A stretch of 64,000 nt of DNA from a virus. The stretch's first letter is position 1. Each line of letters starts with the position of its first letter. The stretch is from the IMG/VR virus record IMGVR_UViG_3300046501_000246. One strand, 5' to 3'. The translations under genes were made by a program, and so were the position numbers. The notes below the pieces were generated by a model that was not told the origin of the DNA, did not search any database, and saw nothing but the letters and a program-made list of their open reading frames with translations. Shown here one piece after another: positions 49,801 to 62,805 of the stretch.

Positions 49801-52800
49801 ACGTACATCCTGAGACGTTTGACATTGCCCAAATTATCCTCAAACGTTGCAATATCCTCAAAATGACTATCAAAGTCCGCCACAACGATAAATGTTTTAT
49901 TGATTGGCACCGGTTCAAACTCCTCTAATATTTCCTTACAACAACGTTAGGAAAGTTCGACTCCATTGTCAATCAATAAAACGCTGGACTGATTGAAATC
50001 TCGACAAAGTCTGCCAGTTCTGAATTGTATAACGAGACTACCGTGCCATTTTTTAGCACCGCGACAGGCTCAGAGCCGACCGTTCCCGGCTCAACGTAAT
50101 TCGTTTTGATACCCGCAACCCTTAATGTCATGTTATAATCGAACGGGCTGCGCCAATAAAACGAAGGAAGGTCTTTCCGCTTCACCCTTGCCCTGAAAAG
50201 TTCAATCTCTGGATCGGTCATTGTTAATCTCCCTCTTCCGTTTCGCGGATTGCAACTTTATAATTGCCCCGATCAGCCTGACATTCTCATTCAAAGTTTC
50301 AGGATAATGCTTTCCAAAGTTGGCATACTCATTCATCGGGAACGCAACGCCATCTTCATAGACCACGCCGTCACTAATCCCATTTTCGAGACAATGAAGT
50401 CTGAAGGCTTGAATTTTTAATTCTTCGCCAAATTTGATATGAAGTTCGTTCCGCATATCACTCATCTTCGTTTTCCTCCTCATCTTCTGAATCTTCGACT
50501 TCTTCAGCCTCTTGGGCATCGAATATGTCGGACCATTTGTCCCACTTCGCAGCAGCTGCGGCGCGCTCTTCTTCACGTTGTTCCGGTGTCAGAGCTTCGA
50601 AACGTTCCCGTTCCTTATCTTGCTCAGCGTTCCATTCATTGAGGCGTTTCTCTTCCTCTTCGGCAAAGAATTCAGCCATTGTTTTGGATTTGTTGGTCAC
50701 GGCTCTGTCTCCTTTTCAATAACTTATTCTTACATCCGAGCCGCGCCTGAGTCAATAACTAAATTTTTTAATCTTCGACAGGCTCAACTGTACCCATTCG
50801 AGGAGGTATGATCCAGCAGCAAAATGAAGGGCTATGGCCCATCGGATCATAACCTTCTTCATTATCAATGCTGATCCGATCCACTTTGGGGTGATATCTG
50901 ACATAAAGAGTTTGATCAAGCTTGACCCAATACATGACAGAGACTGTTGTCATTTAACCTGCCTCCTAATCATGTTAAAATACTGTTCCGCCTGCTCAGG
51001 ATCATCAAACACTTTTGTCTCTGTTCCGGGTTTGCGAACGACCCAAACACGCTTATCATTCAGTGTTGCGTTACAGAGGTTGGTCTTAACACCCGCCTTA
51101 TCTATCCCGCAACTCCCGCCCCAATAAGGCTGTTCCAATCTGTGTTTCATCTGCTTGTCGCCGCCAGCGCCATTCTCAGGACTCGGTCGGTCCAGTCCTT
51201 ACCCTCTCGGAATTCGAAAGCGTTCAGGCTCTTGTCCTGATCGTTATAGAACGCTATGAGACTCCTACGGCGAAGGTGGATCACGGCTCGTTTGCCATGA
51301 CCTTTGGTAACGCCAGTGACTGAAACTATTGCATGATGATCTTCTGACATGTCAATCCTCCTTCTTGAAATCCAAGAGATGTTGTTCCATGCTCTCAGAA
51401 AAAGTGATTCCGGTTCTTTCAGCCGCCGATTTGATAGCCTCAATGTCCCAACCGTTGCGCCAAAATCTTTTCACATATTGGTCCGTGTCGAACCAGTGCC
51501 GACGCCATTCCCAAATAAAATTGAAAGCTTCTCGATCAGTCATGACTGGTCTCCTATTTTCATCCCGCTTGCGGGAGGGAAATTATCGTTTCGATGTATA
51601 TTTTATTACATCTTATCTAAGGCAGTGTCAAGCATCAAGTGTCACAAATTCCTTCTGAAACTGTGTCACATCCAATTTTTGAAGCGGCTTAAACCTAGAG
51701 GCGCGGAACGCCTGTACGCTCATGCCGATAATTTTGTAGTCTATCGGTTTATTTTTAATTTCAACCAACCGTATGCTATTGGTCTCCATTTTGATACTAT
51801 CGTCCCACCACATCAGAGTTTCCATGACAGTGTAAACAATTCCCTTGACGGGGAATATCACTCCTCTGGATTTTATTTTTTCAAATAATGGAGAAGTATG
51901 ATAACCGGTATCATCAATTAAAACAACGTGTTGACCGATTTGCATCTCACAATCCCCACTTTTCCTTGACGTGATCCGGCAACCGAATATTCGGCATCCA
52001 GCACAGCGGCTCGACATTATCTTTGTTGACAACGTTCCACTGACCATATTGATACGCGCCTTGCAAGGAGTAAATGAATGCGCCCTGTTTCACGGCGAGG
52101 ATGCAATGTGTTCCATCGAGCGGAGCGGTTTCCATGTCACGCCAGCCTTCTTGAAGAGATAAGATTTTCTCCTCAGAATCGTTCTGAGGAGAAAAAGCCC
52201 AAGCCGTAGGTCCATCCCTCATTTCTTTTACCAAGTCAGCCACGATCTTATCAATCGTATCAGGCGTCAAGACCTTGCCGCAATGGCTCACTAGAGCGAA
52301 GAGGATTGTGGATTCTTGTGTCGCTGCTCTGCTCATTCTATTTTCTCCTATTTGCGAATCTGCGCCAAAAGTCCCAATGATTCATATTTTCCAATGCAGC
52401 GAAATCTTCAGCCGAAAGAAGTCCACTCGCCGCCGTTTGTATCCAGATATCCATGGCTAGGTCGTGAGCCTCTTCCGGCGTGATCCTCAGACCTTCTCCA
52501 CTTGCCGCAGCTATCATGATGGCTTGGTAGATATCTCGGCTCATTTATAAGCCTCCGTGTCCATATCGAGCCACCGGCTCCAAGCCTCTTCATAATTGAA
52601 AGAGTCAATGAAGATACGCATAGCATCCACAGAATTTTCGAAACTCCAACCCATGTTGTGATACTGGCGCAGCATTACGATTTGCTTTTCATTCATCGTC
52701 AGTATCCTCCTTAATTTGCAACGGCGTTGCACTATTTTCAGGGCCTTGCAACGTGTTAATCCCGGCCCTAGTGATGATATTCATCATGTAGCCGTGAATC

Positions 52801-54736
52801 TCTTGCTTGCCCTTCTCTATCGTGCCCTCCACGTATTCACCGAACTGCTGAGCCGCGAAAGGAATGTGATCATCGAGTCTCTTCCGAGCCGACCTGATCT
52901 TTGATGAAACTTCATCTGCCTTTTTCTTGGACAAACCAAGCCCATCCACAGCAGCAAGAGCTTCATCAAGGAAGCGAACCGTTTCGGCCAAGTCTTGATC
53001 GACTTCCATCTTGACAAGCTTGGACCGTTCCAGTGAAGGAATGCCGGGGACAGATTTATTGTTCAAACGCTGCAACGTGCAAGGCGTACCGTCGCCAATA
53101 TTGGGAGCACTAACAAACGTGGCCCATTGAGACTCAGTCATTGCGACTTCGATGTAGCTCTCACGGCCCATGTGCCAGTCTCGGTTCAAGCTGCGATGAA
53201 ATTCCGCTCCCTTGATCCGCACCACCATATAGTTATTGTGATGAAAGTCACTGCCGAACAGATTGGTATGACCAGAGACACGGCTAGCGCCAATCATGGC
53301 GAACGCGGGATGAGACGTAACAGTGCCTTCGTTCCACAAGCTTTCACGTGTCTCAGGCATAACTTCGTTAGCTTTTGGCTTGGCGTACATCATAAGCTCC
53401 TTCAAATTTATTTGAGGGAGGTTGTCTCCCTGCGTTAACTTTTTATTACAATTATTTTATAACCAAGTCAATCGCTTTCTTTAATAGGCTTCAGAATAAT
53501 TCTGTACTGCTGCAAATAACCTCGTCCGTCGCGCATTTCTTCGAACAATTCAATTCTGTCGCCGTACATTTCCAAGATTTTATCAGCATCGATATAGCTC
53601 GTTTCGGTATAATTGTGGTACACAATAGTACCACCTTCAGGAGTTTCAAGAAGGTCTGAGAGGGTACGAGCCACGTCACGGCTAATCGCTGCGATATGTG
53701 CATCATCGAAGCTGCCCCGATCTTTCCACTGCTTCAAGATTCGGTAAATGTCGGCTGGCGTAATCTTAGCAACTTCTGTCTCCTTCCAGCGCGAAAGGTC
53801 TCGGTTCGGTTCAACAACTTCCATCATGTCAAATCTCCTCAGTGATTTCGTTGTCTTTTTATTACATTTTAAAGATCAGATGTCAATCGAGATAATCATC
53901 CCAATCGCTAAACATTTCGTCGCACCGAGCGTGCCAATCCTTAACGCTCGCCATGTAGCGCTCATCGTTCTTCAATTCTTCGCTATACCTTTGAGCCATC
54001 ATTTTGTTGGTGAAGGCGTAATGGCAAGCCATGGCTGAACTTTCGATGTTATAAGAACCAAGAAGCTCACCATCTTTATTTTCAAAAGGTCCACAGCTGC
54101 CTTCACTCATCGTATTGCTGATAGAATAGTAAGCTGGACCGGAACAAAGCACGGCAGGGTCTTCCTCCATCGCTTCAGGAGCCACCAGATAGGACCGAGA
54201 CGTGATAAGGAAGGATGACAAACAACCGCTCTGCGTCACGATCCAGATCCGAACCTGACCTTCTTCCTTTGCTTCGTCAATGAGATGCAGGATTTCGGCG
54301 CGGAACTTGATAGAACCCTTTGGAGCAGGAGCATCGCTACGGTCTGCGCTATAGTCTGTCATCTTGAAATCTCCTTTATTGTGATTAAATTGTTTCGTTG
54401 ACTTATTCTTACATCCGACTCGAAATGAAGTCAAGACCTTTTCTCGTAATGCTCCTCATATGTCTCTCTGAATAATGGCCAATTAGTTTCAAAATCCGCG
54501 ATCCGGCGAAGTTTTATTTCTTTCATTCTAGGCCATTCTTTTTCATTGAAAAATCTGTTATAATTCAAGAGCTTACGTTGTTTCACATAGTCTTGAAACA
54601 GATAAACCATGGCCCAATCTCTCAGTGGTCCGCTCCACTCCCGTTCCGGGATAGGCTCAGGCATAGTGAATAGATGACGTTTAATTTTTGTTAAATCGAT
54701 CATGCGCCGCGCTCCACCCTTTCCACATTGATTCAA
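46850..54736 (-). other. array of about 25 small hypothetical genes, including paralog-like 46850-47143 and ~51628-51945, DUF551-like 51947-52336 and the 238-aa 52689-53405
   Basis: Co-oriented; many individual TTGAC-N17-TAA(G/T)AA promoters and AGGAG RBS; W.DMETAP.DGT motif in 51947-52336. Confidence 0.68.
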
Positions 54737-54844
54737 GGTATGGATTTAGATAGATCATATTCTTAAACGTTCGATCCGGCGTCATGGTTAGATCATAACC
54801 GAGACCTTTGGCAAACGCCTCGAATTCCATCCTAACACTTCCCA

Positions 54845-55186
54845 TCAATCACCTCTCCCTTTTAGCATGCACCACGGATACATATCATTAATTGTGACAT
54901 AGCCGCGCCGCTCATAATATTCTTTCAACCTAGTTTCAAATACATTTTCGAGATAGAAGATGTGATCCGGCTCGTACCGATCCAAAAATCTGGTCAAAGC
55001 CCCCTTGCCGGGACGTGCCGCATTCATGTTAGCTAGATCGATAGTCTCTTGTATTCCATCTAGCCTCTTAGTTTTGCGGACATATATTTCAAGTCCCGGT
55101 TCCTTGATCCAAGAATTATTCAAAGGGCTGACCAGAAATTTTTCAAACGTCAGCTTCTGCATCACCACCTCCTGTCGGCTAAACAA
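54845..55186 (-). CDS. GNAT-like acetyltransferase-fold protein
   Basis: PGKGALTRFL...LENV....L..YYERRGY resembles GNAT motifs A and B. Confidence 0.5.
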   Translation of the reverse strand: MFSRQEVVMQKLTFEKFLVSPLNNSWIKEPGLEIYVRKTKRLDGIQETIDLANMNAARPGKGALTRFLDRYEPDHIFYLENVFETRLKEYYERRGYVTINDMYPWCMLKGRGD

Positions 55187-56751
55187 AATCTAATTTTCTC
55201 ATTCACATAATAATACCGTTCCGGCGTATCTCGTAAGTGGTCCATAGCTTTTTGGTGATACGCAGACATTCCTCTGAACCCGGTTCCTTCAATTACGCCA
55301 TACCATATCCCTCGCCTCTCCCATTGAAGTTCAAGTCTCAGCATCGCCAAAATACTCTCTCAAACAGGTGTCGCAAATCACGATGGCCAACTTTGTCCCG
55401 TCACATGGATCGAAATAAGTAGAACCGTAATGGCCAGAGGTAGTAAATTCAAGTCCATCAATGGGCTGAAGATATTTCCCTTCTTCTCCAATATCTTTAA
55501 GCCGCGTGCCGCAGCTGAAACAGTCACATGTTCTCACTTCACATTCTCCCTCTTTATCTTTACAAAACGTTGAAGCTCGACGTTGCGACAATACAACCAT
55601 TCACCGTTTGAAGTTCTTCGTACATCAAAAATTTCAAACGGCTTCAATACCCAAGCCGTGCCGTTCCAGTATTCTAACTGGACCATTTCAAAGTTTAACT
55701 TTCTTAGTCTTGACCCAATAACCCAAATCTTTCAAGCTCTTAACAGCGTCATCCGCATCACCATCAAAATCATATCGAAGCCTATCCAAAGCCTCTTTGG
55801 AATTTTTCTTGCCGAAACTGACTTCGTAACAAGATTTTTCGCTATACTTGAACACAACCTCTTTGGTAGTGCCGGTTATGCGCAGAATGCGTACCTTGAA
55901 TTTCATACCTTCCCAAGCCCTAGCGCTGTCGGCTAGCTCCACGGCCCACTTCTTAGCCTGTTCAAGATCGCTAGAAATGACGGAAGATAGCCTTTCAGTG
56001 CTATCGCCCCACACTTGCCACGAATGGCCACCTTTATGTCTGTCTCGGTAATAGCCTTCAAGCTGAAGATAAGATGATTCTGTCATGTCAATATTGTCCC
56101 ACCGTTATGCCAAAAACAATTGAATAATCAACGCCATGATTATCGAGCAGGCGAATCAACTCCCACGCATTGGCGCGTAACTCAGTGATGGCATTCTCTT
56201 TCACCCGATCAACTTCAACGAATAGAAGTGTTTTACCAACATCCTCACCGCTGATATGCGTGTTATATGAAGACCTATAATTAGGAACAATGACTTCATC
56301 TCCATAAGGAAACGTCATGAATTTTTCGCCATCCTCAAAAATTTTATACCCGACATGAGCCATGATGGCATCAGGATTTGTCACACGTGATTTTTTCTCT
56401 TCAACCTTTCTGATAATTGCTGTGCCACAAGTGATGCAATATTTACCACCGAAACGCTCCGTGTTACAAACGGGGCAAATCCTCCGTTCCGTGACCTTAA
56501 CCACTTCTACAGGCTCGTTAAATTTAATAAAAGCGCCGACGTAGAATACAACATCACTGCTCATTGTTCGTCTCCTGTTCCAATCTTACCATCTCCCGCT
56601 GCCATCTCAAGATATAGTAGCACAACGCGTCACGATTTTGACGAAACGTAAAGTCATCGCCACTAAACATGGCGGCATCAATTTGTTCCGCCGCGTCATT
56701 GAGATACGACATGTCAAATAGTTCACTCATCTTCAGTCCCACCTTTCCCAT
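55162..56751 (-). other. five hypothetical genes (55162-55350, 55331-55600, 55688-56086, 56088-56564, 56554-56751)
   Basis: Co-oriented and overlapping; CxxC motifs in two. Confidence 0.62.
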
Positions 56752-57365
56752 GTCGCAAAATTAAGAACACCACGTTCCAACTCTTCCAACTCAGTGCTCA
56801 TGTTAACCCTAGCAGGCCCTTCCCACTCAGGGTGATTCCAATATATCTTGGGACTGTCGAGCATATGTTTCAAAAACTTGATCCTACCTGTTGCGAATTC
56901 AGTAACGGAATAAAAAGACCAATATTCGTGCCAAATCTTAACCCCGCTTCCGCGATACGTTTCACGATCTCTAGCTAGCCCTCTTAGATCATAGTCGAGA
57001 AAATCCTTGGCCCATGACGGCAGGGACACATTATTAGGATTGGTGTGATCCTTGGAAGCCCTAATAGCCTCTTCAATCTGAGCCTGCGTGGTGCACTCGA
57101 ACCCTGTCTTGTGGCTCCAATACACATCGGCGCTTAATGCTTCGTTATAGGCACAGCATGGATAATAGATAATATCGTGATACAGGATAGCCGCCATGAT
57201 AGGATCATCGTCATGATATCTAATGTTTCGAGCCATGTGGATCAACTCAATGATATGATCAAGGTTATGATACTTGCGATGCGGCTCGTTGTATAGCGCG
57301 ATCAGCATGTCAACCGAGTGACTAACACCATGTTCAACCGCGATTTTCTTAATCAGTTCCGACAT
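56733..57365 (-). CDS. HD-superfamily metal-dependent phosphohydrolase (COG4339-like)
   Basis: Y.EPHR.YH.L.HI...YHD.IY....NE..SA...FLD.DL..L. Confidence 0.85.
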   Translation of the reverse strand: MSELIKKIAVEHGVSHSVDMLIALYNEPHRKYHNLDHIIELIHMARNIRYHDDDPIMAAILYHDIIYYPCCAYNEALSADVYWSHKTGFECTTQAQIEEAIRASKDHTNPNNVSLPSWAKDFLDYDLRGLARDRETYRGSGVKIWHEYWSFYSVTEFATGRIKFLKHMLDSPKIYWNHPEWEGPARVNMSTELEELERGVLNFATWERWD

Positions 57366-57600
57366 TTTCTTCCCTCCTTACGCGGCGCACCTAGACCGGC
57401 TCTTATGATTGATCATCAAGAACCTCATCTCGGTCCTGACCTTCGTCACTGTGCCATAAAATCTCATGCCACCAATGGGCCACGTGATGTACCAATACCC
57501 TTTACCCAAAGGTTCTGCTTGAAAAACATTATCGTCTTCATCAATCATTTCTATCACGTCAAAGGCCTCTTATACTAGATTAAGTTGAGACCGTTATGAC

Positions 57601-57633
57601 AAAAAAAGGCCAGCTAGTCAATGACTAACTGGC
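57601..57633 (-). terminator. intrinsic terminator
   Basis: GCCAG(C/T)TAGTCA/TGACTA(A/G)CTGGC stem plus U7. Confidence 0.8.
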
Positions 57634-57646
57634 GCTTTAAGTGACT

Positions 57647-57907
57647 TTATCTTGTTTTAGATCGTACCGGTTTCAACTCATATCCCAACATTCGGTATGC
57701 CATCTGGATCGTCACACCCATCGGCCTTCGTGTCGTGCCGTCTTGAATATTCTTGATCGTGGCAGGCGCTAATCCAGACGTATTCGCCTTGGCGTAGAAC
57801 GATCTACGATCCATGGCAAGCTCGGTGCGCAGCTTGGTCAGCAAGGGATCAATGTCTGGCTTCACCGGCCTATCCTTGGACCACTTCACCTTTCTAGGAG
57901 CCGCCAT
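57647..57907 (-). CDS. XRE/Cro-like HTH protein
   Basis: A..SGLAPATIKNI..G.T.RP pattern. Confidence 0.7.
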   Translation of the reverse strand: MAAPRKVKWSKDRPVKPDIDPLLTKLRTELAMDRRSFYAKANTSGLAPATIKNIQDGTTRRPMGVTIQMAYRMLGYELKPVRSKTR

Positions 57908-58263
57908 TATTCGTCTCCTGCTTGGTGACCCAACACGATCACGACGTTTTGCAGCGACTTGATCTTGATGTGCGCGTCTTCCAAACGGGCCAGTAAATCG
58001 TCCCTGACATGGATCAAGGACATGATTTCTTGCCTAGCATCTCCTAGAGCGTCATGTGTGATAGCTGTGGTGATGGTAGGCGTTTCACTCTTTTTCCTCT
58101 TTGTGCCGCCGCCATACATGTCGTGATACTGCTTCACCCAATATGCTATAGTGCTTGGCTTAAGACCCACACTCTCGGCATATTTCTCTTGGCTAACACC
58201 TGATTCGATCTGCGCCTTGGCGTGGCGCATACGCTCTTCCATAGGCAGAGTAGCTTTTCCCAT
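57907..58263 (-). CDS. HTH protein with coiled-coil C-terminus
   Basis: G.SQ..YA..VGL..STI..WVKQY. Confidence 0.7.
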   Translation of the reverse strand: MGKATLPMEERMRHAKAQIESGVSQEKYAESVGLKPSTIAYWVKQYHDMYGGGTKRKKSETPTITTAITHDALGDARQEIMSLIHVRDDLLARLEDAHIKIKSLQNVVIVLGHQAGDE

Positions 58264-58331
58264 TGGCCTCTAACTCCTAAGACTTGGACAACGACTCTAG
58301 GAGTACAGCAGGAGTTAGGCAGATGCAATCC

Positions 58332-61300
58332 CTACTCGCGGATTTTTACACCTCTGACGTGTCGGATAACGCTGATGCAGCGCGGACAAGTCACTACCTT
58401 CTTCTTGGTATCGATGAGTGCGCTCTCAGGATCAGCCTCTGTCTCACCTATGTCGAAGGAATCGCCGCATAGCGTGAATTCTCCCATCATGAGATGGACA
58501 CCTTCAGCGCTTTCCATAAACTCTTTCATCACAGAACCTTCATAAGGTCCGGATCAAGCTCTTCTTCATTAATTGTCACGCCTAGATCGTTGAGCACATC
58601 GATCATTTGTTGCGGAATCGGCAATAAGACATGTTAGCCATAAATTTTCTCCCTCTAAAAATGCTTGACAACTTTTTATTACATCATGACAAAGTGTCAG
58701 TCAATTAGTATTTTTCAAACAAGGTCAAAGACCTAATGTGCGTTGCCCCTTGGACAGCTTGACATAGTAATGGTCCATCCAATAGGATGTGAACATCAAG
58801 CCATCGTCGCAGATGTACATCTGCATACTACGCCATGTGAATTGATTCAACACGTTCATTATTAGGTTCCTTTATTCAGAAATCACTGCTGAAATGTCAT
58901 AAATACCGGTCTGATGCCTTCCGCTGTAGTCATAGGTAGGGCTTGCGTTCAGCGTAGCAGTCTTCACATTTGGGTATTTCACTTTCATCGCGGCGAGCAG
59001 TGCTTCCTTTATCTCTGTTTCGTTTAGTTCAATCTTTAGTTTAGCCATTTAAATTATCTCCATATCTATTTGATTTCTTATCGGCCCGCCCCGGTTCCGG
59101 TTCACCTTCTTTGACGTAAACGTCGTGACCCATAGCCTTCTTCTGTACCATGAAATGGTCAGCCAAGATTTTGAAATGAAAATCTGCGACCCTAACCGGT
59201 TCGTCTCGATATTGATAATATACTTTGAAAACCATGACGTGCGCCCTCCCTCTCAAACTATTTGCCAATACATTTTATTACATCGAAGATGTGATAGGTG
59301 TCAAGTCACGAATTATAACCAACTATAATCGTTTTATTCTTTAATCTTATCTTTCTTATTCAATTCATCCGCAATATCTGCTAGTCTGTTCAATTCTTCC
59401 CTCGCCTCGCCGCGCTTGAATATGGTACGCCAGCATCTTCCCCGCCGAAGCTAAGCGCTCGTCCCACGTCTCGAATTTATATTGAACATAATCCTGAGAC
59501 ACGTTCACACCGTTTTCAGTGAAAACATAGTCGCCAGTATCGAAATCAACGTCACAAGCTATGACAAAACCTGTGAAAGGAGAGGTAACTTCGGCATGAC
59601 CATCTTCATCCGCATTTGCTTTGCAGAGCAAGTCAATAGGCGTAAGATTTTTGTGATAGCGCATCTTCGAATCTCCTTTTCATACTCGGATGTACATATA
59701 TACCATTAGGAGTATAGAAAATGCAAGCCTCCATAACAAATTCAGAGCCATATCTCTTTATTAATTTTTTAAAAATACGCTTACTTCGGTGTTTAGAATA
59801 TGGAAAATTTCTCACCCAAGTTGGTTGCTGCGCTGCTTCGGTATAGTAAATTTTTAAACCATTAAATTTTTGTGCCACGCTACCGGGATAATAACCAAAA
59901 TTACTGTTCACTCGCGTCGCACTCCCTAGAGACTTCGTCAAACAGCGGCCCGCCGATGAGATGGACTATGTCACCGCCATGCGCGAAGCTAGGGCTCGTG
60001 GCTTCTGATCGGACATAGGAATAGCCGATACCGGGAACCACATCAAAAGTTTCTTCTTCCTTTTTAACTTTCAGAGCGATTTCGAGTTGGAGACAGTAGC
60101 TCCATGTCGCGCTACGTCCATCTATGTCAGAGGTATACAATCCGGGAAAGATGAAACGATTCCCCTTCTCATCAACAAACACTGGAAATTTATACACTAT
60201 TATTCTCCTTCACTGATCATAGCTCTATAGGCATAACCCATTGGTCCGCCTCCCGCGCTCGGCTCTTCTGTCGGAGACTGAGACATGATATCGCTCCGCT
60301 TCCGCCAATACGCATCATTCATTTTATTAATTTTTGTTTCACTCGGCTCAAGCGGGACAATGGCATAGCCCATCTCGTTAAGAATGTGTCGCAAGTTCCT
60401 GATATCTTTGATTTGGTACTCATCAAAAAGCCTGACAGGATTACGATGTTCTGGTAGCGTGCTCCAATGCGAGGCGAAACGATATGTTTCACCCACGCCC
60501 TCAATGTCCTCCACGGCGTAATAAGCAATAACCGTCATGCCTAGGTAGCGCTCCCCTGTCATGGCGAAGCCGTCAGTTTTTAAATCTGAGACGTGCATTT
60601 CCATAGTCACATCCCCCAAATAATATACGTCATGACAGCCAGCCATGTCACGGTTAGGCCAAGAAACGCTGTGATAAAATAAAATTTCTCTGCCGCAGTT
60701 ATGTCTCGACCTTGCGCCAGTAAGTCGTTTCTAGTCCTAGCAACGCTGTAAAACAGGAAGTATTTCGTGGCGAGACAGGCCAGAGCGATGAATTGGAGAA
60801 TTGTAACTGTCATGTAATTAAGACCTCTCAAACAAATTTCTGATGCCAAAAATTAGCGCACTTATCGCCGCAAAATCGGTAACACTGATTTCTGGCGCAT
60901 AATTTTTGTGAACCCAAGAGAATATCCACAGAGATAAAATTGTTAGCGCCACAGTCAAAATATCAAAACCAAGCTCTCTAAACATTAAATTTTTCCTTTA
61001 AACTAAATGAACTCTAAATCACTATGACGCGATTTAGAGTCCAAGTCAATCACTTTCTGTCATGCTTTGCTTAACGCGTCTCGCACCGCTTCGACCAATG
61101 TATCACCAATACCAAGCCTGTTAATATGCTTAGCAGTGACCACGAATTGATCCACTTCTTCCCAAATCACGAACTCGCCGCGATCCTCATGAAGCTCAAT
61201 TATACAACCGTTCACAACTTCGATACGAGTAAAGCTCCCGAATGAGTTGTCGCGTCCCTCCTCGTAGACGGCCTCAACCATCTCAGGTACGGTGACATAT

Positions 61301-61555
61301 TCATCCATAGCGTGTCTCCTTCTGCTACTCCAAGCTCATGTGACCGTTACACTCAACCAACGTTCCTATCCTACCAAGGTTCCATTCATAGTTGCCTATC
61401 CCTGTCACGACTGGTTTGCCTAGGTCGGCCATCTCTAGCCCCGCCGCTCTCAGATCAATGCTGAATTGGAGATTCGAATGTAGCCTCGCCTTGTTGCGAA
61501 TCGCGATGAATTTCCTGACATTTTTGGTGTTAAGCATCACTAATCCTTGTCCCAT
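58332..61555 (-). other. array of small hypothetical genes (58332-58532, 59041-59268, 59365-59664, 59633-59941, 59901-60197, 60200-60646, 60607-60849, 61060-61308, 61325-61555)
   Basis: Co-oriented; promoters near 58675-58705 and 59272-59303. Confidence 0.62.
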
Positions 61556-62003
61556 CCGGCTTCAGCCTAACTCCCTCGCCCGTTCCATCGCAAGGATGAT
61601 GACCGTGCACCGCGAAATATTTATCTCTCTTAATGATTTTCCCCTTGACAAGGAATCCCCAACGAAACATTGGAGCACCAGTGATGAGAAAGGTCCACGT
61701 ATTAGGTCTGACGTTTTGAACCGAATGCATGTGATCGGCTGGCCTAAACCGAATCATTCCGGCCCGCATCCGTTCAACGTCTTTTACCAGAACAGCGTTG
61801 TCAATCGTTTCGTATGTCACATCGTCATAGCCGCCTCGTAGCACGACAGTAACGAACCAATAAGGATGATTGTGTGGATGACGGTGATCGTCATCTCCGA
61901 GCCATTGGTGAAGCCTAACGCTCCACTTCTTGAACAGGACGGCCCATAGCCGGAAATATGGACATTCGGGAAGGCCACCGGCACGGTTCCAGATGATTTT
62001 CAT
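61530..62003 (-). CDS. cupin-fold protein
   Basis: LHQW...D....HNHP.WF.T.VL.GGY...H.H.V...WT..ITG. Confidence 0.75.
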   Translation of the reverse strand: MKIIWNRAGGLPECPYFRLWAVLFKKWSVRLHQWLGDDDHRHPHNHPYWFVTVVLRGGYDDVTYETIDNAVLVKDVERMRAGMIRFRPADHMHSVQNVRPNTWTFLITGAPMFRWGFLVKGKIIKRDKYFAVHGHHPCDGTGEGVRLKPDGTRISDA

Positions 62004-62203
62004 GATAGTTCGACATATAGCTGAATTTCGGGATCGTCGTGCTCAAAAACAACATCAACGACCTTATATCGAACATTGTTTTTAAAGAAAGTGTTTCCTG
62101 TCTGAGGAACAACAGGTAATGCAACTGAGAAAGAATTGCCATCATTAAGATAGCACTTGAACGAAATCATCGTCATATCAACCTCCTTTAAATTTTGTCC
62201 CAA
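62000..62203 (-). CDS. small hypothetical protein
   Basis: AAGGAGG RBS before MTMISF. Confidence 0.6.
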   Translation of the reverse strand: MGQNLKEVDMTMISFKCYLNDGNSFSVALPVVPQTGNTFFKNNVRYKVVDVVFEHDDPEIQLYVELS

Positions 62204-62805
62204 ACCGCGATAACTGCTTCGATGTAGTTATCTCCTATCACAAACGTTTCGCGAGGTAAATGATAAAATCTTACATCAGGGAGAATCTTACAAATTTCGT
62301 CACAGTAAGTTGCATGGAGCAGGGCGACGAGACGGCCACCTTCTGCAAGTTGGTCCGCCGCATGTCTGACATGCTCGACACAATTCTTGTGCGGCGGATT
62401 CATGACGACGCGGTCGAACAGATTGTCAAAACTATATCTCAGGAAATTGGTGTTCAGACATTCCACAGACGGATATGATTCCACCAATTCAGCGAACATA
62501 GGCTTGTTAAGCTCTATCGCCGTGATGTTTTGAGCGTAGACACTAACAGCTTCCACGATAGCGCCAGTTCCAGCGCTAGGTTCAAGTACCCTGTCATGAA
62601 TTATGATATCCGCAAGCGCTGCCATATCGGCGGCGAGCCATGACGGCGTGTTCGTTGCTTGTAAATTAGTTCTTCCCTCCATTAATGGAGGAAGAATGGT
62701 CCGAGGTGAAGGATTCGAACCCCCGACACCTGTAGTTTCACCCCTTATCCCCTTCAAATCATCTCCAACATTACTTGGGCCGGTTCTTGAGTTAATTACT
62801 CTCAT
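62188..62805 (-). CDS. N6-adenine DNA methyltransferase (start 62805 or 62682)
   Basis: VLEPSAGTG (motif I), AIELN, FDRVVMNPPH (motif IV), L..GGRLVAL. Confidence 0.88.
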   Translation of the reverse strand: MRVINSRTGPSNVGDDLKGIRGETTGVGGSNPSPRTILPPLMEGRTNLQATNTPSWLAADMAALADIIIHDRVLEPSAGTGAIVEAVSVYAQNITAIELNKPMFAELVESYPSVECLNTNFLRYSFDNLFDRVVMNPPHKNCVEHVRHAADQLAEGGRLVALLHATYCDEICKILPDVRFYHLPRETFVIGDNYIEAVIAVWDKI

